A DNA stretch of 64,000 bases from Gammaproteobacteria bacterium (GTDB lineage Bacteria > Pseudomonadota > Gammaproteobacteria > Eutrophobiales > Eutrophobiaceae). The position numbers and the translations under genes were made by a program. The stretch spans positions 1,184,001 to 1,248,000 of the forward strand of contig OZ244905.1 of the NCBI GenBank assembly GCA_965221695.1, given 5' to 3'. Under the pieces are notes generated by a model, which saw only the letters and a program-made list of their open reading frames with translations, made no database searches and was not told the DNA's origin. Within the stretch, counting starts at the first letter, position 1. Every line of letters starts with the position of its first letter. Positions 45,898-55,792 of the stretch are shown one piece after another.

Positions 45898-47748
45898 TTA
45901 AAGGCTGAGGCGTTGCCGGGTTTCGTCAGTCGGCACGCCTTGTTCGTTCCAGCCGCGCACCTCGTAGTACTTCGGCAACATCTCGTGCAGGCGGTTCACA
46001 TTGCCCTTGGCCGGGCCGGTCTGGGCCGGTTCCGTCAGCAGGCGTTTCGGCAACGTGTCGTCTGCCGCAGTCAGCCCCGCCGCAAGATTGAACTCGCGTT
46101 CCAGGTTCCAGATGCGTTCGCCTGCCTCAAGCATGGTCTCGGGGGTCCATTCACCCTCGCAGGCCGCTGCGACCTGGGGTGCGATGTCTTCCAGGGTCCA
46201 GGCAAACGTGGTGAACACGCACAGGCCGCTGGAATCCACGATCGCGGTCGCGTCCTGGAATGCCTTGACCAGTTCCGGCTTGCCTTCCGTGGTTAATGGA
46301 TCGGTTTTTTCCGGCACGCCCATGATTTCCGAAGAGACAGTATAACTGCGCAAGTGGCAGGCGCCGCGGTTGGATGTGGCATAGGTCAGGCCCATGCCCT
46401 GGATACCGCGCGGATCGTAAGCGGGGAACTCCTGGCCCTTGACCGTCATCGACAAATCCGGATGGCCATACTTCTCACACAAGCGCTTTGAACCCAGTCC
46501 AAGGTCCAGGCCAAAACCCTCGCCCTTGCACGTGACTTCCGTCGCCCAGGTCAGCGCTTCGGCCGAGCCGAACTTGAGTTCGACGCCGCCGGTCTCCTTC
46601 TTGGTGATTGCGCCGAGTTGGTAAAGCTCCATCGCCGCGGCTACGGTTGCGCCGAAGGAGATGGGATCGATGCCGTCTTCGTTGCAGATAAAGTTCGCAT
46701 AGGTCAGCGCATCAATGTCGTCGACGCCGGTGTCCGATCCCAGCGCCCAGGCCGCTTCGTATTCCAGGCCGCCGGACGCGCCCCAGTATTGCGGCTTGTT
46801 TTCGATGCTGAAATGGCCCCGGTCGATGGTGGATATGCGCCCGCAAGCGATGGTGCAGCCAAAACAACCGGCGTTGGTGACCAGGTTGGGCTTGCCGTCG
46901 CTCTCGCGCGGCTCATGCATCGCCTCGCCGGAAATCTTGCTTGCGCCCTCGAACTGTACTTCGCGCATGTTGCGGGTAGGCATTGCGCCGACTTCATTGA
47001 TCACGTTCATCAGTACCTGGGTACCGTAGGTAGGCAGCCCCTGTCCGGTGACCGCGTTCTCTGCCAGGACCTGCTTGCCGGCGTTTACCGCCTGCATGAA
47101 AGCGCCCGGGTCCTTGATGTTGCCAACGCCTTTAGTTCCTCTGACCGCCACGGCCTTGAGGTTCTTGGATGCCATAACCGTGCCGACACCGGAGCGCCCG
47201 GCAGCGCGGTGCAGGTCGTTTACGATCGCCGCGTACAGGCAGCCTTTCTCGGCAGCGCGGCCGACGGCGGCGACACGCAGCAGCGGATCCTGGTATTTTT
47301 TGTGCAACCACTCATCCGCAGTCCATACTGATTGTCCCCAGATCTCAGCGGCGGGAACAATCTCCACCTTTTCATTTTCAAGATACAGGTATACAGGCTG
47401 CGGCGATTTGCCCTCAAAGATGATCATGTCGTAGCCTGCGGCCTTCAACTCCGCGCCGATAAAGCCGCCGGAATTCGAGCAGGCTACGGCCCCGGTCAGG
47501 GGGCTCTTGGTAACGACAGAGTAGCGCCCGCCGGTGGATGCCATGGTGCCGGTCAGCGGACCGGTGGTCATGATCAACTTGTTTTCCGGCCCCAACGCGT
47601 CACACTTCGGGTCGATTTCTTCCGTCAGGTACTTGGTAGCAAGACCGCGCTGCCCCAGGTAAAGCCTCGCCCACTCCATGTTCAGTGGCTCATTGCTGGT
47701 AGTGCCCTTGGTCAGGTTTACGCGTAAAACATTATTAGCCCATGCCAT
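45898..47748 (-). CDS. aor: Aldehyde:ferredoxin oxidoreductase family tungstoenzyme, catalytic subunit (AorB-like)
   Basis: LRVNLT, KSPLTG, AAGRSG.G.VM.SKNLKA, CFGC.IACGR, EYE, YDPRG, RGACH, DSSGLC.F, DDTLP.R. Confidence 0.95.
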   Translation of the reverse strand: MAWANNVLRVNLTKGTTSNEPLNMEWARLYLGQRGLATKYLTEEIDPKCDALGPENKLIMTTGPLTGTMASTGGRYSVVTKSPLTGAVACSNSGGFIGAELKAAGYDMIIFEGKSPQPVYLYLENEKVEIVPAAEIWGQSVWTADEWLHKKYQDPLLRVAAVGRAAEKGCLYAAIVNDLHRAAGRSGVGTVMASKNLKAVAVRGTKGVGNIKDPGAFMQAVNAGKQVLAENAVTGQGLPTYGTQVLMNVINEVGAMPTRNMREVQFEGASKISGEAMHEPRESDGKPNLVTNAGCFGCTIACGRISTIDRGHFSIENKPQYWGASGGLEYEAAWALGSDTGVDDIDALTYANFICNEDGIDPISFGATVAAAMELYQLGAITKKETGGVELKFGSAEALTWATEVTCKGEGFGLDLGLGSKRLCEKYGHPDLSMTVKGQEFPAYDPRGIQGMGLTYATSNRGACHLRSYTVSSEIMGVPEKTDPLTTEGKPELVKAFQDATAIVDSSGLCVFTTFAWTLEDIAPQVAAACEGEWTPETMLEAGERIWNLEREFNLAAGLTAADDTLPKRLLTEPAQTGPAKGNVNRLHEMLPKYYEVRGWNEQGVPTDETRQRLSL

Positions 47749-47766
47749 TTCAAATCTCCTCCAATA

Positions 47767-48231
47767 TCAATTCGCGCCTGCCGCTGCGTGAGCACGCATC
47801 CGGGCCAGCCCGGTATGATCAGCATCGACATAGGTGATAGCCGCCGTCGGGCAGGCTTTCGCGCATTCGGGGTCGCCACCACACAGGTCGCATTTGTAGA
47901 CAACCTTGGTGTCCTGGTTGTAGTTTACCGTACCGAACGGGCAGGCAATCGTGCACACCTTGCAGCCGACGCAAACATCGGCCAACACGTCCTTGGAACC
48001 GGTCTCCTCGTTCAGCACGATGGCCTCGACCGGGCAGGCGTGCATACACCAGGCCTCGCTGCACTGGGTGCAGGTGTAGGGGACAAACCGGCCTTCCTCG
48101 TGGAAGGTGAATACCTTGATGCGGGATTTTGCAGGGTTGAATACCCCTTCCGCTTGGTAGGAACAGGCAAGTTCACATTGGAGGCAACCGGTACACTTCT
48201 CCGGTTCGATCTGGAGCGCTCTCAGCATCAC
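47767..48231 (-). CDS. Polyferredoxin 4x[4Fe-4S] subunit (AorA-like)
   Basis: CTGCLQC..AC, CTQC...WC...CP, CVGCKVC..ACP, KCDLC.GDP.C...CP. Confidence 0.93.
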   Translation of the reverse strand: MMLRALQIEPEKCTGCLQCELACSYQAEGVFNPAKSRIKVFTFHEEGRFVPYTCTQCSEAWCMHACPVEAIVLNEETGSKDVLADVCVGCKVCTIACPFGTVNYNQDTKVVYKCDLCGGDPECAKACPTAAITYVDADHTGLARMRAHAAAGAN

Positions 48232-48522
48232 AATCTCCTTCGATAGCGATAATTAATCAGAATAAGGAACGAAAAAATCTCATGCTTTATCGGGAAAAAC
48301 TCCCAACTGTATCAGTATGATTGTCATATATAATGAGACTGATCGGTTTTAATTTATAGTATAGCTTATTGTTATCAGCCAGGTCAGCCACCTGATGCGA
48401 AGCAGAGCATACAGAATATTTCCGAGGATGGCAACCTGCAATCCTACTTTGTATACGGGATGGCTTGACAGAACTATTTTTCGGGACCCTGGTCAAATAA
48501 CACACTGACGGACAGGACAACA

Positions 48523-49332
48523 ATGAAATCCATAGTTTACAGAATTACCGCGTTACTCTTGTTTGCATCGGCCCCAGCCGGCGCCGCGGACATGACTGAG
48601 ATCAGTTTCGCCTTCATCGGCGCTGCAGACAGCAGCGCGCACCGGGGCGTTGTGCAGGGTATTCACGAGGCAAACCTGCAGGGGCAGTTCCTGGGTCAGA
48701 ACTATACGCTGGAGGAGTTCAGCGGGGACGACCTGGAAGCCATTGACCCTGACAGGTTTATCGCTATTATTGTCGCCGGCAACGCAGACGATGTGACACG
48801 GGCCGGCGCCCGTTACAGCGACCATGCAGTGTTCAATGTGGGCGCGCATGAGGATGCGCTGCGGGAAGCCTGCGCGAGCAACCTGCTGCACGTGATACCC
48901 AGCGCCAGGATGCTGGCCGATGCCGATGCCCAGTGGTTGCAAAAAAACCCGGAAGCCGATATCAGCGCCTCCGGCTGGCACCCCCGGTTCGTGAAATTCG
49001 CCGCGCGGGACCTGAACAAGCGCTACAAAAAGCGGTTCGACCACGCTATGGACCAGTATGCGTGGGCCGGCTGGGCCGCGGTCAAGATGACCTCGGACTC
49101 GGTGGCCAGGCAATCTATCACCGAGCCCGGCGCGATGCTCGAGTTCCTGAAAACGGGCTTGTCGTTCGACGGCCAGAAGGGTTTTGACATGGATTTTCGC
49201 GACACCGGGCAGTTACGCCAGTTGCTGCTGATATCCGGACCCGAAGGGGAGCTGCTGGGCGAGGCGCCGGTGCGGGGCGTTGTCGCTCCGGACGCGGTGG
49301 ACAGCCTGGGCCAGGCGTCTTGCAATGGTTAG
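48523..49332 (+). CDS. Periplasmic binding-like protein of PQQ-dependent alcohol dehydrogenase clusters
   Basis: N..GQFLGQ.Y.L, LR..C..N.LH..PS..MLADA, W.AVK, DG.KG....FR..GQLRQ. Confidence 0.75.
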   Translation: MKSIVYRITALLLFASAPAGAADMTEISFAFIGAADSSAHRGVVQGIHEANLQGQFLGQNYTLEEFSGDDLEAIDPDRFIAIIVAGNADDVTRAGARYSDHAVFNVGAHEDALREACASNLLHVIPSARMLADADAQWLQKNPEADISASGWHPRFVKFAARDLNKRYKKRFDHAMDQYAWAGWAAVKMTSDSVARQSITEPGAMLEFLKTGLSFDGQKGFDMDFRDTGQLRQLLLISGPEGELLGEAPVRGVVAPDAVDSLGQASCNG

Positions 49333-49405
49333 CGGGTGTCCAAAATTTATTCCTGGAGCAGAACAGGTTGTATAATTTTCAGATGTACAAGTTAAGGAGT
49401 CATCA

Positions 49406-50356
49406 ATGAAATATCTTATCAGCGTTATCGTATTGTTCCTGGCCGGCATGCAGCTTGCCACTGCCGCCAGTGGCCGTATCTTTGTCACCAATGAGCGCAG
49501 CAACGACATTTCCGTGATCAATGGCAGCACATTGGAAGTGGAACGCACCATTGAAGTGGGCAACCGACCCAGGGGCATCGGCATCTCGCCCGATGGCAAA
49601 GAGTTGTATGTAGCTGTCAGCGACGAGAATGTGATCGCAGTCATCGACCTTGGAACACTGGAGCTGCTGCGTAAATTCAAGGCCGGATCGGACCCGGAAA
49701 CCTTCGCGGTGCATCCGAACGGCAATATCTACATCTCCAACGAAGATGATGCCAAGGCATCCGCGTTTGACCCCAGGACCGGCGAGCAGATTGCGGAGAT
49801 CCAGGTGGGGCTGGAACCGGAAGGCGTGGCCATCTCCCCCGACGGCAAGCATGTCATCATCACCAGTGAATCGACCAACATGCTGCACGTGATCCAGGTT
49901 CCCGAACACACGATTGTTGCCAATATCCTGGTCGGCGCGCGCCCGCGTGCCGCCACGTTTACCCAAGATGGTTTGACGGCCTACTCCACGTCCGAGATCA
50001 GCGGCGAGGTCAAAAAAGTCGATATGACCAATTTCGAAGTGGTCGCGGTCAGGAAGATCGCCGATGAAAAAGCCAAACCCAAGGATGTGATCCTGAACAA
50101 GGACGAGACCAAGTTGTATGTGGCCGGCGGCAGGTCCAACCAGGTCATCGTCATGGAAGCGGAAACCATGGAAATCCTCAAGGGCATTCCGGTCGGCAAG
50201 CGGGTCTGGGGACTGGCCATGACCAAGGACGGCAGCAAGGTATTCAGCACAGACGGTGTCAGCGGCACGGTTTCAGTGATTGACACCGGCAAAGATGAGG
50301 TGATCAAGACTATTGAGGTCGGCAAATTCCCCTGGGGCGTGGTTGTTCACGACTAA
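49406..50356 (+). CDS. YVTN beta-propeller protein (PQQ-catabolism-associated type)
   Basis: FVTNE.SN.ISVI, VG.RPRGI..SPDG, DPE.F, SNEDD, VG.EPEG, VGKFPWG. Confidence 0.85.
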   Translation: MKYLISVIVLFLAGMQLATAASGRIFVTNERSNDISVINGSTLEVERTIEVGNRPRGIGISPDGKELYVAVSDENVIAVIDLGTLELLRKFKAGSDPETFAVHPNGNIYISNEDDAKASAFDPRTGEQIAEIQVGLEPEGVAISPDGKHVIITSESTNMLHVIQVPEHTIVANILVGARPRAATFTQDGLTAYSTSEISGEVKKVDMTNFEVVAVRKIADEKAKPKDVILNKDETKLYVAGGRSNQVIVMEAETMEILKGIPVGKRVWGLAMTKDGSKVFSTDGVSGTVSVIDTGKDEVIKTIEVGKFPWGVVVHD

Positions 50357-50359
50357 AGA

Positions 50360-50575
50360 TAAAGGGTCGCCCGGTGGGCGACATAGTATTTGACTGGACA
50401 CCCGCTTCCGCGGGAGTGGTACGGTGGCGGGATTCGCGGGAGCGCCCCCACCCCATTCCCGTGCAAACGGGAATCCAGTAAGGCTAGGGGTCGCCCCCCG
50501 GGCGACACAGTATTCTACTGGACTCCCGCTTCCGCGGGAGTGGTACGGTGGCTGTGTTCGCGGGAGTGGTACGGG
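50360..50575. repeat. Composite (BIME-like) cluster of three dRS3-like REPs and two GTCGCCC hairpins
   Basis: GTCGCCC..GGGCGACA.AGTATT..ACTGGAC.CCCGCTTCCGCGGGAGTGGTACGGTGG occurs twice, with an inverted REP between. Confidence 0.85.
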
Positions 50576-50590
50576 GAAAGGCCTTAGGCG

Positions 50591-51412
50591 CTATTCCGGC
50601 TTCATAAACTTCATCGTCATCCGGTCGCTCTCGCCGATGGCGGCATACTTCTCCCGGTCCTCGTCACCCAGCCGGTAGCCCGGTGGCAGCGTCCATACGC
50701 CTTCAGGGTGGTCCTTGGTGTCCTTTGGGTTGGCATTGATCTCGGCCTTGCCGACGAACTGAAACCCGGCCTGTTCTGCCAGGCGCATGACCTCGGCCTC
50801 GGGGACATACCCCTTTTTTGACCATTCCTTGCCGACCATGTGCTCCTCGCCCCTGTGCGTTACCAGGCCCAGGATACCGCCGGGCTTCAAGACCTTGTAC
50901 ATCGCGGCAAACACCTGGTCCACACTATCGTTGTTCAGCCAGTTGTGCACATTACGGAAGGTCAGCACCATGTCCGCCTGCCCCGCCGGTTGCAGGTCCG
51001 GCTTGTTCGGGGGGGCAAATTCGATCACGTTGACCTTATCGTATATTTCCGGCTGCGCCGCCAGCTTGTCGAGGTATCTCCGGTGATTACGGCGGTAGTA
51101 TTCCACTTCGGACTCACTGTCGTAACTTGCCGCGTACAGCTCCCCGTTGTCCCTGAGATACGGCGCCAGTATCTCGGAATACCAGCCGCGTCCACCCGGG
51201 GACATCTCCACCACCGTCAGGTCGTCGCGCAGCCCGAACCAGTCCAGGGTCTCAGCCGGATTTCGATACATGTTGCGGGCCTTGTGGGCGTCGGAACGGT
51301 GGTCGCCGTTGGCAATTTCGTTGAGGCGGTCGATGTTCTCATTCGCGAGCGCCGGGCCTGCGGGCAGGCACAGGATTGTCACAACCAGGATCAGGCAACG
51401 ATATCTCTTCAT
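50591..51412 (-). CDS. Secreted SAM-dependent methyltransferase-like protein (COG4798 type)
   Basis: YRNP.ETL..FG, PGG.GWYSEILAP, VLTFRNVHNW, LKPGG, GVWTLPP, IGESDRM. Confidence 0.88.
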   Translation of the reverse strand: MKRYRCLILVVTILCLPAGPALANENIDRLNEIANGDHRSDAHKARNMYRNPAETLDWFGLRDDLTVVEMSPGGRGWYSEILAPYLRDNGELYAASYDSESEVEYYRRNHRRYLDKLAAQPEIYDKVNVIEFAPPNKPDLQPAGQADMVLTFRNVHNWLNNDSVDQVFAAMYKVLKPGGILGLVTHRGEEHMVGKEWSKKGYVPEAEVMRLAEQAGFQFVGKAEINANPKDTKDHPEGVWTLPPGYRLGDEDREKYAAIGESDRMTMKFMKPE

Positions 51413-51521
51413 GATTTGTTTCCTCCGTCATATCGGTAGACGGGTATATGTTACCCTGTCCGCCAACGGTTGAGAAATGTATTCGCCAGCAAGCGCCGAA
51501 AGTGTTGTATCATAGGCAGCT

Positions 51522-51741
51522 TTATCGAAACCCCAAATGCCGCGCCAGGGATGGCTGCTCTCTATAAAGTTATGCCGGATTAGCTCAGTTGGGCGAACCG
51601 GATTAAGCAAAAGACACTAAATGTGTCTTTTGCCCGGTGAGCGCCACAACACGGATGTTGGGGCCGGAGGTTATCGAAACCTCAAATGCCGCGCCAGGGA
51701 TGGCTGCTTTCTATAAGGTTATGCCGGATTAGCTCAGTTGG
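51522..51741 (+). repeat. 71-bp direct repeat (51522-51592 and 51671-51741) duplicating the tRNA leader and first 19 nt
   Basis: TTATCGAAACCYCAAATGCCGCGCCAGGGATGGCTGCTYTCTATAARGTTATGCCGGATTAGCTCAGTTGG, 3 mismatches. Confidence 0.9.
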
Positions 51742-51795
51742 TAGAGCGCCCGCCTTGTAAGCGGATGGTCGGCGGTTCGAATCCGTCATCCGGCA
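51723..51795 (+). tRNA. tRNA-Thr(UGU), CCA not encoded
   Basis: Acceptor GCCGGAT/ATCCGGC-A, D arm GCTC..GAGC, anticodon loop CT-TGT-AA, T loop TTCGAAT. Confidence 0.92.
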
Positions 51796-51959
51796 GATTT
51801 TTCCTTATTGACCCTGCTTATATCGTCAGGAACCTCTGAGACTTAATCTGAGGTTCTCTCAGGTAGTATTTCAAAGAAATTTACCATCAACCAGCGCGGG
51901 CTAAATCTCCCGCTGCGTGTTTCCCGTAAACTTATTCCGGCAAAGGGTTTTAAATGATA

Positions 51960-52019
51960 TTGATAATATATTAACAATAAACTAGAATATTACCGCTATG
52001 ATTGATAATATTATATCAA
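51960..52019. promoter_or_regulatory. Paired palindromic operators of hipBA
   Basis: TTGATA-N6-TAACAA (51960-51977) and TTGATA-N6-TATCAA (52002-52019). Confidence 0.5.
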
Positions 52020-52288
52020 ATTATAAGATGCCAAGTGAAATTCAGCGTTCCCTGTCTGAAGCGTTCAGGTCGGTGCGCAAATCCAGACGGCATGGCCGTA
52101 AGGAAACCAGCATCAGAACGGGTGTGCCGGAGGCAACCATTCGGCGCTTTGAGGATACCGGCGAGATATCCTTGAGGCAGTTGTTGATGTTGTGTGATGT
52201 CTACGGAAATGCCAGCGCTACCGATTCACTGTTTCCACTAGAACCACAAAGCATGGATGAGCTGATTGCAATGAGTAACAGGAAGTGA
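51998..52288 (+). CDS. XRE-HTH antitoxin, HipB-like (may start at 52028)
   Basis: RTGVP..TIRRFE.TGEISL..L; GTGA overlap with hipA. Confidence 0.85.
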   Translation: MIDNIISNYKMPSEIQRSLSEAFRSVRKSRRHGRKETSIRTGVPEATIRRFEDTGEISLRQLLMLCDVYGNASATDSLFPLEPQSMDELIAMSNRK

Positions 52289-53544
52289 AACTGCTGAATG
52301 TCCTCTACCATGGTTCAGGAGGCGACAAGTCGACCAGAATGGGGCGTCTGGCCTGGTACGAGCAGCGCGCGTGGTTTGAGTTTTCCGCGGAATTCATACA
52401 ACAGAATACGAATCCATCCCCTTTCTCACTCGAGCTGACAACAACATTACAGAAAGCGCCACTGGAACCCTTTAATGGATTGCACGGACTGTTCAGCGAT
52501 TCCCTGCCGGATGGCTGGGGCCTGTATCTGATGGACAACGCGATTAAACAATCCGGACGAAACCCCGCCACGCTCAGCCCTCTTGACAGGTTGGCCTTTA
52601 TCGGCAAACGGGCAATGGGAGCGCTATCCTACGAGCCTGATGAGCCGGACTCCGTAGAACGACACACCGCGATGACACTGGATATCGGCGCCACCGGCAA
52701 CGAGGCAACCCGCTTGTACCAGGGGGAACTGTCAGAAGTACTGGACCGCCATGCAATCAATGGCACGCCCTCTGCCGGCGCCAGGCCGAAAATTCTTATT
52801 GGAATAAGCGGCGATACGGTCGTTGAGGGCGCCGGCGAACTGCCGCCTGACTATTCCCATTGGCTGGTTAAGTTTCCAACCGGCCACACCCCCGATAAAA
52901 AATCGGAAGGCGCGATAGAGTATATCTACTCGGTCATGGCCCGTCATGCCGGGATTACTATGGCGGAGACAAGGCTTGCGCCGGCGCAGGACGGCAATGC
53001 TTATTTTATGACGCGCCGGTTTGACAGAGCGCCAGGCAACCAGCGCCGCCATGTACAGAGCGTGGCCGGTATCCTGAATACGGATTTCATAGCGTCAAAC
53101 TTTGGATACAGAGAGCTCATCAAGCTGTGCGGGATGCTCTCCCATTCGTATTCCGAGAAGTTAGAGTTGTTCCGGCGCATGATCTTTAACATCGTCATCG
53201 GCAACCGGGATGACCACACCAAGAATTTTGCTTTCATGCTGTCGGACAAAAATGAATGGCGCAATACACCAGCCTATGACATTACCTGGAACCAGGGAAT
53301 GATGGGCGAACATGCCATGAGCGTTAACGGCAAGGGCAAAGACATTCGCGTTGATGATGTGATTAACATCGCCCGAAGCGCGTCCATCTCCAGGCAGGAT
53401 ATGAGCATTGTGACTGAAGCGGTTTTGGAAGCCGTATCGGACTGGAACAGCCTGGCGCTTCAGTACGATGTTCCAACTCAACAACGTCAGGACATACATC
53501 AGTATATTGCGCGCCAGCAGCGAGCGCTGTCAGACGGCACATAA
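52285..53544 (+). CDS. hipA: HipA family kinase toxin
   Basis: FSDSLPDGWG, GARPK, WLVKF, RRFDR, GNRDDH.KNF, PAYD. Confidence 0.93.
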   Translation: MKLLNVLYHGSGGDKSTRMGRLAWYEQRAWFEFSAEFIQQNTNPSPFSLELTTTLQKAPLEPFNGLHGLFSDSLPDGWGLYLMDNAIKQSGRNPATLSPLDRLAFIGKRAMGALSYEPDEPDSVERHTAMTLDIGATGNEATRLYQGELSEVLDRHAINGTPSAGARPKILIGISGDTVVEGAGELPPDYSHWLVKFPTGHTPDKKSEGAIEYIYSVMARHAGITMAETRLAPAQDGNAYFMTRRFDRAPGNQRRHVQSVAGILNTDFIASNFGYRELIKLCGMLSHSYSEKLELFRRMIFNIVIGNRDDHTKNFAFMLSDKNEWRNTPAYDITWNQGMMGEHAMSVNGKGKDIRVDDVINIARSASISRQDMSIVTEAVLEAVSDWNSLALQYDVPTQQRQDIHQYIARQQRALSDGT

Positions 53545-53674
53545 GCGCTGGATGCCCTCAACTACCTCCAGTCAGCATACAACCACTGCCAGTGACCAGG
53601 AACGGACCCTGAGACGTGAACGAGACCGGGAAACGGACATTACCCGACGACTGAAACTGACGGCGCGATACGGC

Positions 53675-55792
53675 TTAATCCAGCATCTGCAACATTTCAT
53701 CGTAACGTTTGAGGGCCTTGTCTGCATGCTGTCTTAATGCGGGCAACTGCGCGTTCCAGAGTGGTTGCATCAGGTCTGCCGTTTCCCATCGCTCCAGGTC
53801 GTCATGGGCTTGTGGCGCGGTAGCCAGCAGGGCTTCTATCCTGGCCCTGTACTTTTCCACCAATGCCGGCACGGCTGGCGCGTTCCAGAATTCTTCCACA
53901 CCATCCACATACACGTAAACGGGCGCGCTGTGAGCCAAGGCGCCGTTTTTCCCGTAGGCGCGCACGGCAACCCAGCAACTTTTTTCCGCCTTCAGGTTGT
54001 GTTTCAGCGTCAGACTTTCCGCGCCCTCTTCCGATGCCTCGGCCGCCACTACTTGCCCATGGATGACCAGTTCGACCCGGTCCAGGCTGTCCAGGTCGGG
54101 ATTGAGCCGCGCCTCGGCTGTTATATTCAGCGTCTCGCCGCCGGCCGCCGCCACGGTATCGCCCAGCGTCCCGCCGGCAACATCAAGGCTGAGCATAGGT
54201 CCATTGGTGACAAAAGTCCGTCCCTGCCTTAATCCTTCGAACCAGGCCTGGGGTGAAAACGGGCCGCCGATGCGGACGTAGGAACGTTCGGTTCCGGGCA
54301 GGTTGATATAGGGAAAATCGGATCCAGCAACCGGCGCAAGCCGGAAACCCAGGTTCCAGAAATCGTACAGGAATTCCGTTCCCAACAGGCTGAACTGCAA
54401 TACCTCGATGAAGTCCACCAGCTCCATGGGCACATCCAGCGCCAATCCCCAGGAGACATGAAACGCATCAATCATCGCATGGGCATAGCCGAAGAGCCCG
54501 CCGTCCGCCTGCGCCGCCCTTGCCGTAGCATGATAAAGGTAGAAATCAACCGGGTCGTGATAGCGGCTGATGTTCAGGCTGATGGTATGGCCGCGCTGGC
54601 CGGTGCGCGGCGCCTCCTGGCCTGACACCAGCGCATGGTTGTCCTGCAAATAATGCCCGTCTTCGCCGAACGCATACTGGGGGAAGTAATATCGGGCAAG
54701 ATTGGCCATTTGCAACAGGTTGCTGACGTGAATATCCTCGGCGCTGAGCAGGGCAAGTATCTCGGGGTTGTCGGCCCGGGCGCGTTCGATATGGATATGT
54801 GCATCGCCGGAGAACCAGCCCTGTTCCGGCATATTGATCCAGCGTTGCAGCGACACCTCCACGCGGGTATGCCCGTGGGCAGCGATCTCCACTTCCTGTG
54901 TATGGATATGATATTCAGGCCCCCTGCCGACCACAAGCTGGTAGCGGCCTGCCGGCAATTGCGCTTCATAGTCGCCGTTCACGTAGAACGCGTGCCCTTT
55001 GCCGGCGGGCCAGAACTCGAAACCTTGTCGTACCGGAACCTGCCTGACGCGATCGGTAAAGCGCGGCACGACCAGGGCCTGTTCACCGGGTGCAGGCATG
55101 CGCCCGTGCGCATCGTACAGTCCTACACGGGCAGGGATGGCGCCGCCGCCTGCGCCATCTCGAATCTGCAAACTCAATGTGCCCACAGGAGTTGAGTCGG
55201 GCGCTTGCCGGCCCTCCCGTGTGATCTTCATGCCACACAGCACAATTTCATGGTCCGCTTGCGCATCATATTCGAGCAGTGCGCCCAGCGCGGCGACACC
55301 GAGGTCGGTATGACCGTGGCGCCGGTTCGCAAGCCCCGCCCGTTCCAGTTCGACGCGTACCCATTGCCAGCGTTGAGCGCGGTCCCGCTCCAGCTTTACC
55401 GTCTTGGCTTGCGGCGAGTCTGACGCATGATCATAGGAAATGATAAGGCCGTCCGTCTCGCTGGCGTCGAACAGCAGGTCCACGGTCACGGTCTCGTCAA
55501 TATTGAACGCAAAATCGTCTTCCACATCAAAAATGAAATTCGGCCCGACCAGACAGCGCTTGCCCGCCACCTCCTCTACCCGGCCGGGAGCCCTCCAGGT
55601 CAGGATCAAGGCGCCGGCATGGAAGTCTTCCCCGAGGGAATATACCCGCTTTATGTTATCCGCCCGCCAGTCCAGTTCCTCCATCGCCAGAGGGTGACGC
55701 TCGTGAGCGCCGGCGAACGGGGACGTTATAAGTGCGAACAGCAATAGCGGCAGGCAAAGGGTGAACAGTTTGAGTGGTGTGCTGATTAGCAT
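53675..55792 (-). CDS. CehA/McbA family (PHP-like) secreted metallohydrolase
   Basis: RGPEY, GW.SGD.HIH, YAH, GSDFP, G.TFVTNGP.L, AHSAPVY; ATG 55792 gives a signal peptide. Confidence 0.8.
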   Translation of the reverse strand: MLISTPLKLFTLCLPLLLFALITSPFAGAHERHPLAMEELDWRADNIKRVYSLGEDFHAGALILTWRAPGRVEEVAGKRCLVGPNFIFDVEDDFAFNIDETVTVDLLFDASETDGLIISYDHASDSPQAKTVKLERDRAQRWQWVRVELERAGLANRRHGHTDLGVAALGALLEYDAQADHEIVLCGMKITREGRQAPDSTPVGTLSLQIRDGAGGGAIPARVGLYDAHGRMPAPGEQALVVPRFTDRVRQVPVRQGFEFWPAGKGHAFYVNGDYEAQLPAGRYQLVVGRGPEYHIHTQEVEIAAHGHTRVEVSLQRWINMPEQGWFSGDAHIHIERARADNPEILALLSAEDIHVSNLLQMANLARYYFPQYAFGEDGHYLQDNHALVSGQEAPRTGQRGHTISLNISRYHDPVDFYLYHATARAAQADGGLFGYAHAMIDAFHVSWGLALDVPMELVDFIEVLQFSLLGTEFLYDFWNLGFRLAPVAGSDFPYINLPGTERSYVRIGGPFSPQAWFEGLRQGRTFVTNGPMLSLDVAGGTLGDTVAAAGGETLNITAEARLNPDLDSLDRVELVIHGQVVAAEASEEGAESLTLKHNLKAEKSCWVAVRAYGKNGALAHSAPVYVYVDGVEEFWNAPAVPALVEKYRARIEALLATAPQAHDDLERWETADLMQPLWNAQLPALRQHADKALKRYDEMLQMLD

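Noticed and set aside
50360-50575. Palindromic repeats with spacers as a mini-CRISPR
   Set aside because: Copies are in both orientations and match dispersed REP units elsewhere in the window
53545-53674. Possible gene remnant after hipA (also 57991-58070)
   Set aside because: Too short to assign any family by eye
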